A stretch of DNA of 64,000 nucleotides, taken from the NCBI RefSeq assembly GCF_001194135.2, contig NC_068993.1:62819910-62883909 (forward strand), written 5' to 3'. Shown one piece after another: positions 41,901 through 55,900 of this stretch (its first letter is position 1; each line of letters opens with the position of its first letter). The stretch is from Octopus bimaculoides. Taxonomy: Eukaryota. Both the position numbers and the translations under genes were made by a program. The notes beneath the pieces are model-generated. The model worked only from the letters and a program-made list of their open reading frames with translations, was not told the DNA's origin and did not search any database.

Positions 41901-43952
41901 GCTGCCTGTAGAACTATCCTGATTTCCACTGTAGTTTCTTTCTCGGTGAACTGATGGTGATCGTTTGTGGTCTGAAAGGAAAGATGATGATGATGATAAT
42001 AATAATAATAATCCGTTCTACTGGAAGCACAAAGCCTCAAATTTGGGGGAAGGGATTAACTTGATTTATAGTGACCCCAGTGCATAACTGTTACTAATTT
42101 TATGGACTCCAAAAGGATGAAAGGCAAAGTCGACCTCAGTGGAATTTGAACTCAGAACGTAGTGGCAGGCAAAATACCGCTAAGCATTTTGCCCAGCGTG
42201 CTAACAATTCTGCCAACCCACTGCCTTAATAATAATAATAATAATAAATAATAGACACACAATAAGAAGCACAATATTGCAACTTACTTTTGGCTTTCAA
42301 TGGAGGTGTTCCCTCTCCAATAATATTCTCATCTGTTCCTTTAGTCGAGAAAACAGTCTCAAGTGATGGCACCTGAATCATGCATTCAACGCGTGACATT
42401 GGTGCACAGTTAAATCGAATGACAGATGAATCAACACGTATGAATACAACAACATCTACAGGGAAAGAGGCATAGGCAGCTGGTAGACCAAGGGACGTTG
42501 TAGAAGCGTCCAAATCCATCAAGACTTGACCCACTAACTCAGCTGAAAGAACAAAGAATGGACAAAAGTAAGAGACAACAGCTTCAGTAATTTGACAATA
42601 ATTCTAAATCAAGGAGACAATAACAGCACAACAGCTGGAACACGAACAAGAGAGATGTTCTTAATCGATTTTATTTATTTCTATCCATTATGATTATTTG
42701 TATACAATTACAAACCAGAATTGCATTGCTCAACTGGCATCTATTTTATCAACCTCAAAAGGATGAAAGGCAAAGTCAACCTTAGCGGAATTTGAACTGA
42801 GAAAAATAGTCTGATGGGTGAAATGCCGCTAAGCATTTTGTCTGACATGCTAACGGTTCTGCCAGCTCACTGCCTTAATTCATCATCATCATTATTTAAC
42901 GCCCGTTTTCCATGCTGGCATGGGTTGGACGGTTCGACTGGAGTCTGGGAAGCCAGGAGGCTGCACCAGGCTCCGGTCTGATCTGGCAGTGTTTCTTCAG
43001 CTGGATGTCCTTCCTAACACCAACCAGTCCGAGAGTGTAGTGGGTGTTTTTTATGTGCCACTGGACAGGGGCCAGATGGGGCTGGCAACAACCACGATCG
43101 GTTGGTGCTTTTTATGTGCCACCAGCACGGAATCCAGTCGAGGTGGCACTGGCATTGGCCACATTCGGATGGTGCTTTTTACAAATTAATGGAGGAATTT
43201 CACTGATACAAAATGACAATCCTACATGTAATTAATCATCAAAAAACAGTGAATCTAAAATGCTTCCCAGCAGCTCCTTTTTTGCACTTACAACAGACAA
43301 AACTAATTTGACCCTTTAATGCAAATGATAGGGCAGGGCCAAAGAAAAAAAAAAAAAAATCAAAAGAAAACATTTTCATGATTCTATGAGAAAATCAGCA
43401 TCAAAATTGTAAAGTCTTACAGAAGCCTTGTTTCTTTCCCTTTGAAGGAAGATTTTAAAAAGAGAAAAGTTAACTTGATAAAAGATATCAGAAAACGCAA
43501 AGTTATATACAAAGAAAAAAAATTTCATTCTGCAGTTAATAATCTACACATATCTGTAGAAGTAGATGTCATCAACCATTCTACTTTTTAATAAGCAAAG
43601 TCTTTTTTTTTTATTCAAGGTTTCCTCCAAGAGAACATTTCACAATAATTCTTGGCAATGTCTCGCTCTCTTTCTTTCATTACTGGTGCCACATGAGACA
43701 AATGTTCCTCACAGCACATTTGACACCAAGGGAAGTAAGCCAAAAGTCAACAGCTGCTTAAAGAAGTAATTGTTACTCTTAAACATTACATTAAACTCAA
43801 TAAACATGAGTATTATTAATACCATTACTAATATCATTAACGAGTTGTGCACCATTAATAGTGTTACAGATTAGGAATATATGGGGATATGCCAAAGTGC
43901 TCTCTGTTGGGAAAATGGGCAGTAAACAATTGATGTATTTCACATCTAAAAC

Positions 43953-43985
<33 letters not shown>

Positions 43986-46900
43986 CTACTGTTGTCAGTT
44001 TACCTTTCTTTGTGGAAAATGGTTGAGACAATGGTAATGGTTCCAATGCTTGTTCAAGGAAATCAAGTAAATAGGGGCTGATAATCATTTCCTGAAAATG
44101 TCCAAAGAGAAAAATTCTTGATGGGTGAACTCAAGAGTTGAAAATACACCCTACCCCACCCCCCACACAATACAATAAAATACAAAAAGTTATCATTGAA
44201 AGTGAAAAATTAGTTGAAAATGAAACTTGAAATTTAAACAGTGGATTTACATTGTAACATTTAAATAATCGCGGAATTTTATACACTTCTTCTGAAAACA
44301 TGAATGAATGGAGGGAGGGAGGAAGGAAAACAATGTACTGTATCAACCTTCAGACAAAAACTATCCCATTTTGAGTGTTGAACTTTTAAGTTTTGTCAGT
44401 TTTTTTTAAATCATTAAGTTAGAAGATATTCCTGCTGACTTACCTCAGGTAGTGATTGCAAAAACACCCAAGCATACAAATTAGCTTTCTTCACATTACT
44501 TCGTTTGCTGATGGGTGTTGAAATTGTGTCTTTATCTTTGTCCTTTTCTGGAGTCATTTCTGGAACGAGATTAACTGTTGGCATACCTGGCTTAGCAGCA
44601 GGTGAATCTAAAGCACTAGTTTTAGAATTATAGTGAACCTAAAAATAAATATAAAAACAAAGAAAAAAAACCCATAATAAACCAGTGAAAGACAGCAATA
44701 ATGGAAGAGTCCCATATAAAAGTAAATAAATGACAAAGACGATTAATTTATGTAATTACAAAATGCAATCAAAAAGTATCAGAACTGGTGCCATAAAAAT
44801 AAAACAACAACATCAACACACATCAATTCAAGATTTAATCTCCTTTGAAGTGAGTCCACTTCTGAAGTGGACTCACACTTTATCCAGTGTTGTCTCCATT
44901 GACGGAGGCATTCCCAGAACTCTTTTTGGGATAGCATGCAGCTGCCTCTTCGCATTCTCTTGGATTTCCTCAACATCTAGAAATCTTGTTCCTTTCAAGT
45001 GAGATTTGATTTTTTGAAAGAGGAAAAGAGAAAAGATCACAGGTATTAGCAAAACTTGAAGCAAAACTGTGCTCAATTTTCTCAGCCATGGTCACTGATG
45101 GAATCCCAGTGGTGTGGTAAGATGACCACACTCTACACACATTACTTCCTTCCAAGCACTGTTACAAACAATGGAAGTAAATAAGGACATCATATTTTAG
45201 TGTGACAGAGACCAAGGTTAATCTGTGCCAAGCGGGTTCACACTGCATACTTTAGCTCCGTTACCATGGCAGCAATGCTGACACTTTTTGATTAGACCTT
45301 GTATATATTAGTACTAAAAGCAACAGACAGGGCTCAAACCCTGTATCTATTGCTTGTCAGATAGTCACACTATTGATTACACATAAAGCACTCATCTTTT
45401 GTTGTTGTTGTTTATTCCTTCTCGAGCCATGCCTGGCTCATAAGGGCCAGTTTTCTGGTTTCATTGGTGTATAGGTTCCTCACCTGGATGAGACACCAGT
45501 CCGTCACAGGCGAGCTGCTAGATACAGGAGGAAAGAGTGAGAGAAAATTGTGACAAAAGAGTCAGCAGAAGTTCACCATTACCATCTGCTATAGCCACAT
45601 AGAGCTTAGGTGTTTCGTTCATAAACACACACATCACCTGGTCTGAGATTCGAACCTGAGATCCCTTGGCCACAAGTCTGCTGCTCTAACCATTAGGCCA
45701 TGTGCCTCCACCAACCATCTCTTTGATCATTTTAAATTTTTTCTGCTATTTTAACAGCACTAGTCTATCAATAAAATATAATTCAACAGTCAACAAATGC
45801 TAGCAGAACTCTTCTCCTATAATTTGCATTAAATTCTTGGAAGACTGGTGACTTCACACTAACACATATGTTTATTAATTTAGCAGAACTGCAACATATG
45901 ACTCTACCAACACACAAGAAAAACACCAAACACAAATGATGCAATGGAAACCTATTTGTCACTCAAGAAAGATTTACATAATATTTACATGCGACTGAAT
46001 ACAAGACCAATTCTCCAGAAACAGAAGACTTGCAGGAATTTGAAATAATTCCAGTATGTTAATTAATAGCAGCCATTTTTATCAGTAACATTATTTTATT
46101 GCTACTTACCATATCAAACACTGACAGGATCTTCGCTGAGAATAGAAGCACAGAAGTGGTAATATCAATAATGCTGATGATGATAGTGATGTTGGCAATG
46201 GTGGCCATGGTAGTGATGACGATGTTTGAGGTAGTGGTGGAGATAGGTGAGGAGGGGGTGTGATAAGGATGATGGTGAAGGTGGCAGTGCAGTGAGTGGT
46301 GGGGGTAGTGAAGACAGTGGTCATGATGATGGTGATGGAGAGAAGGAAGAGTGTTGATGATGATGGGGATGGTATAAAGAGAGAGAGATGATGATGATGG
46401 TAATGATATAATAAGGGGAGATTTGGGTGTGGGGGGGGATGACGACAATGATGAAAGCATCATTGATGGTAGTGGTGATGACAGATGGTGGTGACTGTGG
46501 AGGGGGTGGAGGTGGTGGTTAGGGTGACAGTCATCATCATTATCATGAGGATGAAGATGACTACAGAAGAAGGAAAAAAGGTAACGCCGAAAAGTTGCTA
46601 AACCAGCAGTTCCAGACGAGACTGCAGCTGTACTCACTCTCACATCTAAGCCTGGCAAAAAGAATACGGTGTTCTCAACGGCTGGTGGTTGTGCAGGGGG
46701 CCCTTTCTTGACATGACTCGTATGAGTGAATAGCGTTGTATTGGAGTCTTGTCGCTTCATCTTTTTACGGCCAGCGACAGGAGATGTCTCTGGCTTTTTG
46801 TGAACCCTGCAATATCAACAAGTACAATAAACAGCAACACACACACAGACACACACACAATATCTCATAAATATGGCGGCGAACTGGCAGAATCGTTAGC

Positions 46901-49900
46901 ACACTGGGCGAAATGCTTAGCGATGTTTCGTCTGCTGTTACGTTCTAAGCTCAAACTCTGCCGAAGTTGACTTTGCCTTTCATCCTTTTGGGGTCGATTA
47001 AATAAATACCAGTTACGCACTGAGGGTCAATGTAATTGACCTAAACCATTTGTCTGTCCTTGTTTGTCCCCTCTGTGTTTATCCCCCCCACCACCACCAC
47101 CAACACCACCACCCTGTGGACAATAAAGAAATAAATAGCTCATAAATATGTTCCATTTGAAATATATCGATCCCTTCGACTATAGGCGCATGGTCTGAAA
47201 TTCGTGGGGAGGGAGTAAGTCGATCACATCAACCCCAGTATTTGACTGGTTCTTAATTTATTGACCGTGAAAGGATGAAAGGTAAAGTCTACTTCAGCAG
47301 AGCTTGAACTCAGGACAAAGATGAACAAAATATCACAAAGCATTTTACCCAGCATGCTAATGATTCTGCTAGTTCTCATAAATATTATTAATTATACTAC
47401 TGGGTCACCTAAGAAAAAGAAGATCGATTTTTAATTCAATTGTACACCTTATCTGGAAACTGAATCCATAAAACTAATTTGATTCTTTTCAATATTTGGA
47501 GCAATAAAATGTTTTTTTTTTTTTTCCAATATCTTAATCAAAAGGTGAAAAGCTATGTTCATGGCCCTTTTTAGACCTTTGACACTGGTGAGGAAAAGGG
47601 AAGGAAAAATTGGGTTTTTTCTAAAACATAAGACCCTTTACAAGTGACAGCAACAGAGTTGGCTCTGCTACAGATTCCAAAGACCCGCATAATATTAAAC
47701 CACATGCAGTAGGTAAAACTGACCACCACAAGTCACAAGTGAGGAATGTTAAAGACAAGATTATGAGATCAACGAAATATAAGAAGCAAAAACTGTGTAC
47801 CCCTTCTTGAGGTCTTCTTCTTTGTTGTCTTTTGGATGCAGAATCCACTTCCCGCTGTTAATAAACACTTTGAAATCGAGCTCAAAGTCTACGCTGGGAT
47901 CTGGTGTATTGCTTGAAGATGCTGAAGAGGCTGCAGTAGATGCTGCTGTCGCTGATCCAGAGGGTGCATTACCAGGAGGTACTGTACCCACCTTTGAAGA
48001 ACTGCTTGGTGTTGGTGTTGAAGACTGCTGGTACCTCACTTGTTTGCAGTTGTCAAATGGCTTACCATCACTGAAGAAATAGAATGCAGTTAGCTTATAG
48101 TTGGACAAATGCACTCACACACACACAATATATCAACAAATAAAAAGATGCAGAAATAAAAGTTTTAGTAAAAATAGAGACAAGTTTTGTTGCTGCCTGC
48201 AAGATCTGTGAGAATATTTCACAACACATTTAACAGACAGACAGCATAAACAACAGCTATTTGCAACAGCTGTGCCATCTGGTGGTAGATTCTTGTTAAT
48301 TAAAGTGAGTGTAAACAACCCAATTAGTTAACGACTCCAGTTTCACCTGATGATTAACAAAGTTAAGCCATCATAATTGCACGCTTCAGTGAAAAATCAT
48401 GAATAAAATTACCAATGGTTTTTTTTTTTATGTTGTACGCTGTGGAAATGAAGAAAATAATACCAACTCTTGTCAGATTATGTATTTTACAGATGAGTGA
48501 TCATCTAACAATAGTTCAATTATACAATGTTGTTACATACAATTGTCTCTGCACGCTCATTCAACCCATTAGACATAGCAGCTAAATCACACACACACAC
48601 ACATCTTAGAGTCATACAAAACAGAAAATATATGAAATGTGTCCTAAATATTCCTAAAAAACACAAAATTGGTTGGCCATGGATTGATCGATTTTGAAAA
48701 CAAACCTGCTGTATATACATATACACATATCAATAACAAAAGACAAAGACACATAAAAAAACAAACAACAGAGGTCCAAAGAACATTCAGTTAATATTAA
48801 TAGGTTGACCTCAAAGAAGGAAAAAAAAGTTATAAAAGAAAAGCTCTAGAACAGGGGTTCTCAACCATTTCTTTTTTTTTTTTTTAATCTATGGACCCCT
48901 TTGATTACTATTTTATTCTGGTGGACCCCCATAGACATTCAGCTTAAAAACTAGTTTTATAGAAACTGCTTTCAAAATTCACACCTTCACTTGTGTAGAA
49001 TGAATTATGGAAAACATTTGAGAAAGAAACTTAGCTGCTTCTTGCAACACATTAATACAGACATCTAAAGCAAGAGAAATTTTTTACTATTGTGGACAAT
49101 TTACTATTTTGCTGCCTGAACCCCCAAATGTTTTGTATGGACCCCAGCTGAGAACCACTGTTACAGAGAAAAGTATAAGTTTTCAGACTTAGTTCAGAAA
49201 TACAGAGAAAAAGTTTAGGATAAAGGAGAAAAAAAGAAAGGAGAGCCAAGAAAAGGAAAGGATGAAGGCCAAGCACAGTGGCAGAATGGGGGGGGTCGAG
49301 AGAAGTGTGGAGAAGGGGAGTAAGGAAAGGAGCAACGGTAAAGAGAAGAAATAAAGGGTTTAACAACATAACACAAAACACTTGAATCCAACCAAGTTGT
49401 TGACAATGCGACTTGTTTGCAACTGCTCTGACCATCTTAGAAGTGTTGGGAATGAGAATGATAAGACAGGTTCAGACAGCTTACCTTGTCAGGGGAAGAT
49501 ACACGCTACAGATTTTTTCTAAAGATTTGGACAGAACTCTGGAGAAAGAAATTGAAGACAAATTTGGCAATTCTGGAAAGTACTATTTGAGGAGAATGGA
49601 AGTGATGCTGAAAAGACCAGTCAATTTATTGGATTCAACCAATTTGAAGAATTCGGGGACATGGTGACTGTGTGCATGCAAGATTGAGAACCTAGGGAAG
49701 GAAGGAGAGTTTGGAAGAAGTTTTGATGAATGAAGTGAAGCAAGCAGCAAATAGAAAAGCTTTTACAATGGAAATATTGCTTAGAGAGCCATGATGGCAG
49801 GAAACGGTATAGATTAAAAGAGAAAGCTCTCCTACAAAGTGAAAGACAGAGATCTTACAGACCATGCAATGTATAAACATTATTTGTTAGTCTCCTACGT

Positions 49901-52900
49901 ATTCTGGTGGTAAGTGAAACTCTTGGTAGTGGCGGTGGTGAATAAAGTTCCCAACTTTGTGGTAATGGATGACTATCTCTAGTGTTATAGGGAGTTATTG
50001 TCACCCACATCACAATAGCACAGTTGAATAAACCACCTGCAGTTTCAGGGTCATGGCAAATCGACTGAGTGAGGAACGTGAATTGAGAATGGTATTTGTT
50101 AACCACCAAGATTTCCTAGATGGGTCGAGAGCAATACATTTGCTGCCATAAAAGTCAAAGTGCTCTGAACAGTTGGTTGGTATAATGCTAACACGTGGAA
50201 TCAAACTGAGCGATTCTTTAGCAGTATCCTCATCATCATCTTCATTTAACATCCTTTTCTTCTTCATGCTGGTAAGCTTGGAGACAATAATTCAAAGTAA
50301 AAACAGAGACACATTCAACAAAATATTTACATGTCCCTGTACAACTGAGCCATAGAGCCCCAAGCAACCCAGTGAAGGAGCTGCTATGGAGTAGCTCAAT
50401 TTGCTAGAAATAGCAGCATAATTTTCTCAATTCCACCATACCATTTTATGAAAAGAGAAACCATTGTATATGGTCAAGGACAACAAAAAGCTGGATGGTC
50501 ACAGCTGCAATATCATTAATCATAAGTCTGCTCAATCAGGGCTGACCAGGACAGACCAGTACTTGGCCATGGACCATTTGGTATCCGGTCACACAGAAAG
50601 AAATTTTTTAATTTTATTTTTCTTTTATTGACTATCACAGTCTGTGGGGTGTTTTTGCATGTTGTTTTTTTTCTTTTTGCTGATGGCATTCCGTTGGTTA
50701 TGACAACTAGTGTTCCATTTGATCCTATCAATGGAACAGCAGGCTCATGAAATTAAATTCCAAGTGGCTGAGTACTCCACAGACACATGTATCCTTAATG
50801 TAGTTCTTAGGGTGATCCAGTGTGACACAGAAGGTAACAACATTGAGCCCCCTTTGAATTACAGGTATAACATTTTTGCAAACTGAGTGCACTGGAGCAA
50901 CATGAAATAAAGTGCCTTGCTCAAAGACATGTTGCCAGTAATTGAACTCACAACCTTACAATCATCAGCTAACTATCCCTAACCACTAAGCCACATGCTG
51001 TCACATGGATTATACATGAAATAATCAGATTATATATTACGCACTTTATTATGTGTGTGATCCCCTGGTCTGTGGAAATCTTGTTTGCACGAAAGCAGTC
51101 CATGGTGCGAAAATGATTGGGGACTGCTGCCCTAGGCCTATTAGTGGTGTTATGTAGTTGTAGATGGTACTTACTTGGCTGGATGAAGTGGTTGGAATGG
51201 TTCTTTCTGGTCTAAAGATAATTCTTCATCTGAAGACAATGATGCCTCTGAACTGGAAGACAAGATGTCGTGAAGGTTATATGGTCTGTGGGAGACTGGA
51301 CAGCGTAGAGAATGATGTCTCATTGGTTCCTGGATGCTGCTACTTCCATTACGGAAGTCAAAAATATTGTTAGTATCGGGTGAGCTATGATATTAGGAAT
51401 TTGTATGTGAAAGAGAAAGAAAGAAAATAGTAGCATAATGAGTTGCAAAGACAAGAGGGCAGCATTGAAATGCAAGGAAAACAAGAAGCATTTTCTATTC
51501 TAAGATCGATTTTGAAAATTTAAAGTTTTGCATTTTGTAAGAGCAATAGTCTTTACAGGTAAGTGACCTCCCTCCTGGTAAATGTTCAACCATTGGGGGC
51601 CTACAATTGGCCTGTAAGATTTAGGAGCAGTAAGGTTTTAATCTCATGGCCCTGTAGTTAGAACTCAAGCACTTCTTAAGATACAAATTAAAATCCAATT
51701 ACCACAATAAATAATTATCTAAGATTAACATTGAGCTGAAGAGATGAAATGAGAATCATTTACCTCTCATAGGCCCAGGCCACCCACAATAAATATACAC
51801 CATGGAATAGTGTGAAATCAGATTAGAGAGCAATTTGGCTGCTATTTCTAGCAGGCCAAATGCCCCACCACCGCCAATCATGAAGAAGGTACACCACAAA
51901 AGTGTAATGAACAACACCAAAACACTTTTGATTAAAGTCTTTCTTTTCCTTTATTTTTCAGAATAACTTAGGGGAGGAAGGGCAACAGACAGGTTCTTTT
52001 TGGGGAGCCTCCAAGACAGGAGAAGTTCTCCTCAGAAAAGACCCCAAACCTATATATGACAGAGTGGATTGCACTCAAGGCAGACAAAGGCCAGATCATG
52101 TTCAAGGTTAAGTAACAAGACCAAAAACACACTAAGGAATAGTAAGCAGTGGTAGCATTATGTAACTGATCAGTGTTTTTATCAGCTCACAATATCTGAC
52201 TATTTCATACAGGTACACTGCGTGAAGAATCCAGCAGAGCAACAACAGCCCAGCCAAATAAATGACATTTTATAACTAAATATTAACTATTTAAATTAGG
52301 ATTACTTTCATCAATAATAGAAAATAAAATATAATAAAACAAAGCAAAAAAAAACAAATTCATTTATTTACTCTAAATATTATTTTTGTCAATGTTGCAA
52401 TGGCTGGACAGATCTAGAAATTGGCATAATTTTTGAGAGGAGATATATTTGTAACTGGATAACTCTTTCCAATATTCATCCACTCAATGAGAATCGATTC
52501 GAGTTATATAAAAGCAAGGTAATCCTTACATATAATACCTTACTCAAAGATCACTATATAAGCTCGCTCCTAGAAATAATGGAAGGGCTTTCCATTATTT
52601 ACTGCTCAGGCAGCAGTCACCAATTAGCTAATTTGATTTTACATTTCATCGCTAAGGAATATTATTAGAGAGGATAAACTTACCATATCTGCTGAGGTAA
52701 TAAGTATTAATGATTTGCTTCTGCTTTAGTCATTAGTTAGAGCTACACTAGATATAGAGAAAGAGTTGGCAGGCGGAGAGAGAGAAGATTTTGAAGGAGG
52801 AAACACAATGGAGGTCAAGGAAAAAGCAAGCAGAGGAGGGAGAACACAGGGAGGAGAGATTAATGAAAAACACAAGGATTTTATAGGGTTAAATGAAAAG

Positions 52901-55900
52901 CAAATAAATAGATAAGTAAAAGACATTATAGGCACCAATTTGAGAGAGGGACTACAAAAACAGCCACTTAGGAACAGGACTGGCCTTAGGGTTGCTGGTG
53001 CCCCGGGAAAGCTTGTTTTTGTCAAGCCTTCTTTGGTGGTCCCTAGTACATGGCACCCTGGGCGACTGCCCAAGTTGCAGGTACCTTAAGTTAGCCTCAC
53101 TTAGAAAACTCGTAGCGTGAATCACTTTCTGGACAAGGTACCAGTTATGCTACAGAACAGTTAGCCAATTTATCTGCTCAAATAAGATGTTATATAATTA
53201 GCTGTTCTTCATCATCATCATTTAATGTTCAGTTTCTATGCTGGCACGAGTTGGACGGTTTGACTGAGGTCGGAAGAGCCAGGAGGCTGCACCAAGCTCC
53301 AATCAGATCTGGCAAAGGTTTCTACAACTGGATGCCTTTCCTAATGCCAACCACTCCAATAAATAAAATATCTTAATCTTGAAGTTTTTCTTTTTGTTTT
53401 ACTTCCCCCACCATCCCATAAGAGTCAATCTTGAAAATTAAATTTTAATTCTCCTTTTGATCTCAGTAATTAGACTGCAGCCTTGCTGGATCACAGCCTT
53501 CCAGAGAGGAATCAATAATGAACTTGTATTTTATTGAGCTTAGAACAATAAAAAGGAAAAAGAGGGATTGAGTGGGATTTGAACTTGGGACATAAAGGAA
53601 AGAAACTGAATTTGAAATTGTTATATTGAAAAAGCACGGGAAGTTATTTTTCAAATGTTTTAATAACATTGTAATTTTCATCTTGATTCCCCAATCACCT
53701 AAATAGCTTTTAGAAATAAAAATAAGATATGATAAAAATAAAATGAAATTTTAAAAAAATCAACATAAAAAATTTAACTCACAAAGCATGCACAAAAAAA
53801 AAATACGAACATGCAAAACTGAACAGACACAAACAATGAGGGCAGAGTGGTTATTAATTATTTAAACACACAAACATTTAACAGCATAAGAAAGAGAGAG
53901 AGGAATTACTGCCTATAAAGCATGCAACGACTAGAACTACAAATTACTAAAGAGTGACAAGTGGGAAAAAAAAAACAAAAGACAGATTCAGTAGAAGTGA
54001 CAAGCGTACCCAGGAGATGTGTCAGGTGACGACTCAAATGGCATTTCGGCATGCGTGATTAAAGATTTAATTTCAGAAGACGAGCCTTCGGCCAGGCCTT
54101 CTGTGTGTCGCAATATAGGAGCTTTGCCATTAGACTCGCTGTTAATGGAAGAAAAAATAGAAATGATAATACTCCAAAGAATTCCTCTTAGAGATGATGA
54201 CATGCAGGTTTTCCATTTTCTTTTTTTTTTTTTATTCCCTTGAATGATTGTTTGCTCAAAATACATTCATAGACTAACAACAACAAAAACTAGTGTCATC
54301 ATCATCATCATCATCACCAGTTTCAAATTATGATGCACTTACACATTTATTCACACTATTCGCCAATGCAAAAGATGTTTCAATAAATTCGGTTTCTAAT
54401 GCACGATTAGGTTTCTTTTTCCATTTAACATATTTTACTTGCACTCATGGGTGTCCAGGTGCATATTATTGTACCAATACATAAGGTTTGAGTTAGGGTT
54501 ATTTTACCTTGGATTACTTCCAAGAATCATCAAGAGTATTGTTATCATCCATCAAAAGATTCCTTCAAGTTTTTTTTCAGGTTTCATTTTATTTTTGTTT
54601 TATATATATATAGGCGCAGGCATGGCTGTGTGGTGGGAAGCTTGCTTCAGGCCGACCATGTGTGTGTGTGTGTCCCCCTCTGCCATCGCTTGACAACCGA
54701 TCTTGGTGTGTTCACATCCCCGTAACGTAGCAGTTCGGCAAAAGTGACCAATAGAATAAGTACCAGGCTTACAAAGAATGAGTCCAGGGGTTGATTTCTT
54801 CGACTAAAAAGCAGTGCTCCAGCATGGCCACAGTCAATTATATATATATAGAAACACATAGCATATTTTTCTTGAACTTATTCGTTTTCTTATTATTTAA
54901 GAGCCCCAGGTTAATGTTTTTTTCACCAATGTGTGTGTGTGTTAAATAGTTGCCTCTTTTCCAGCAAAAGATAATTCAGAGACTCACACTATAATGTTGA
55001 TACTGGTTGTTGTTGTTGTTGTTGTTTGGCTACAGCAGAACAACCCTGATAAGGCAGACCATAATCAATTAGTTAATCCATATCACCTTTTAGCTAATCA
55101 ATAATCTAACTTTACAAACGACTAATAACCCAACAAATCATAAAAATTTTAATATTCAATATATTTAAGTATATTTCTATGTTTAGAAATGCAGATCAAC
55201 TCATTGTTGTGGAAAGGAACTTGGGAGACACACTTTATCCCCACCTTCTCAACAGTCGAAGTATTGAATCTCCTGCAGTTTAATGATTATCAAACTACCA
55301 TCATCATCATCATCTTAATGTCTACTTTTCCATGCTCGAATGCGTCAGATGATGTTTGGTGAAGCAGATTTTCTACAGCTGGATACCCTAGCTGTCACCA
55401 ACCCTCACTTGTTTCCAATATTTCCCCTTGACCAAACATGTTCTCACAGAATATTGGAAACGAAGAATGCTACATGACAGTGACACTCACTTATAACCAT
55501 CATAACAGTCAAGATAAAGAACCACTACACACACACAAACACACACATGCATATATGTCAAGGTGACCTGTGCAGTATTTTCTAAATGACAACAAACTGT
55601 TTTTGCCATGACATCAGCAACAACCAGAATTAAACTTTTGTAGTCAGAAAAAATGTATATTCAATATCCGGTGCCATGCTTCTATGTACCGAAAGGGTAT
55701 CTTCTGTCTTTCACTACAGGCTTTATAACAACAATATAGCTGAGAGAAAATACCTCAGAGGAAGATATTTAACCATACTTGACTAAGTAGAATATGTTTT
55801 GCTGAAGAGGTCCAACAGGACCAAAACATGTCTACTGCCTTCACCAAATCCACTGCTATAGTGAATCCTTCATATTTTTCCCCTCCTCACTTAACTTGAG

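Noticed and set aside
46110-46135. ttctattctcag|26 nt|GTAAGT candidate exon
   Set aside because: 26 nt in a phase-0 intron shifts the frame and it borders low-complexity sequence; could only be a poison exon, with no further support.
39013-48070. Ile codons where I recall Val in human BLTP1 (KWILHP, YIFHPY, FIKV, AICD) as possible A-to-I recoding sites
   Set aside because: I/V exchange is the commonest neutral substitution; editing cannot be inferred without RNA-versus-DNA data.
52684-52750. Strong donor ATG|GTAAGT after a long pyrimidine tract
   Set aside because: No acceptor yields a stop-free phase 2-2 exon.
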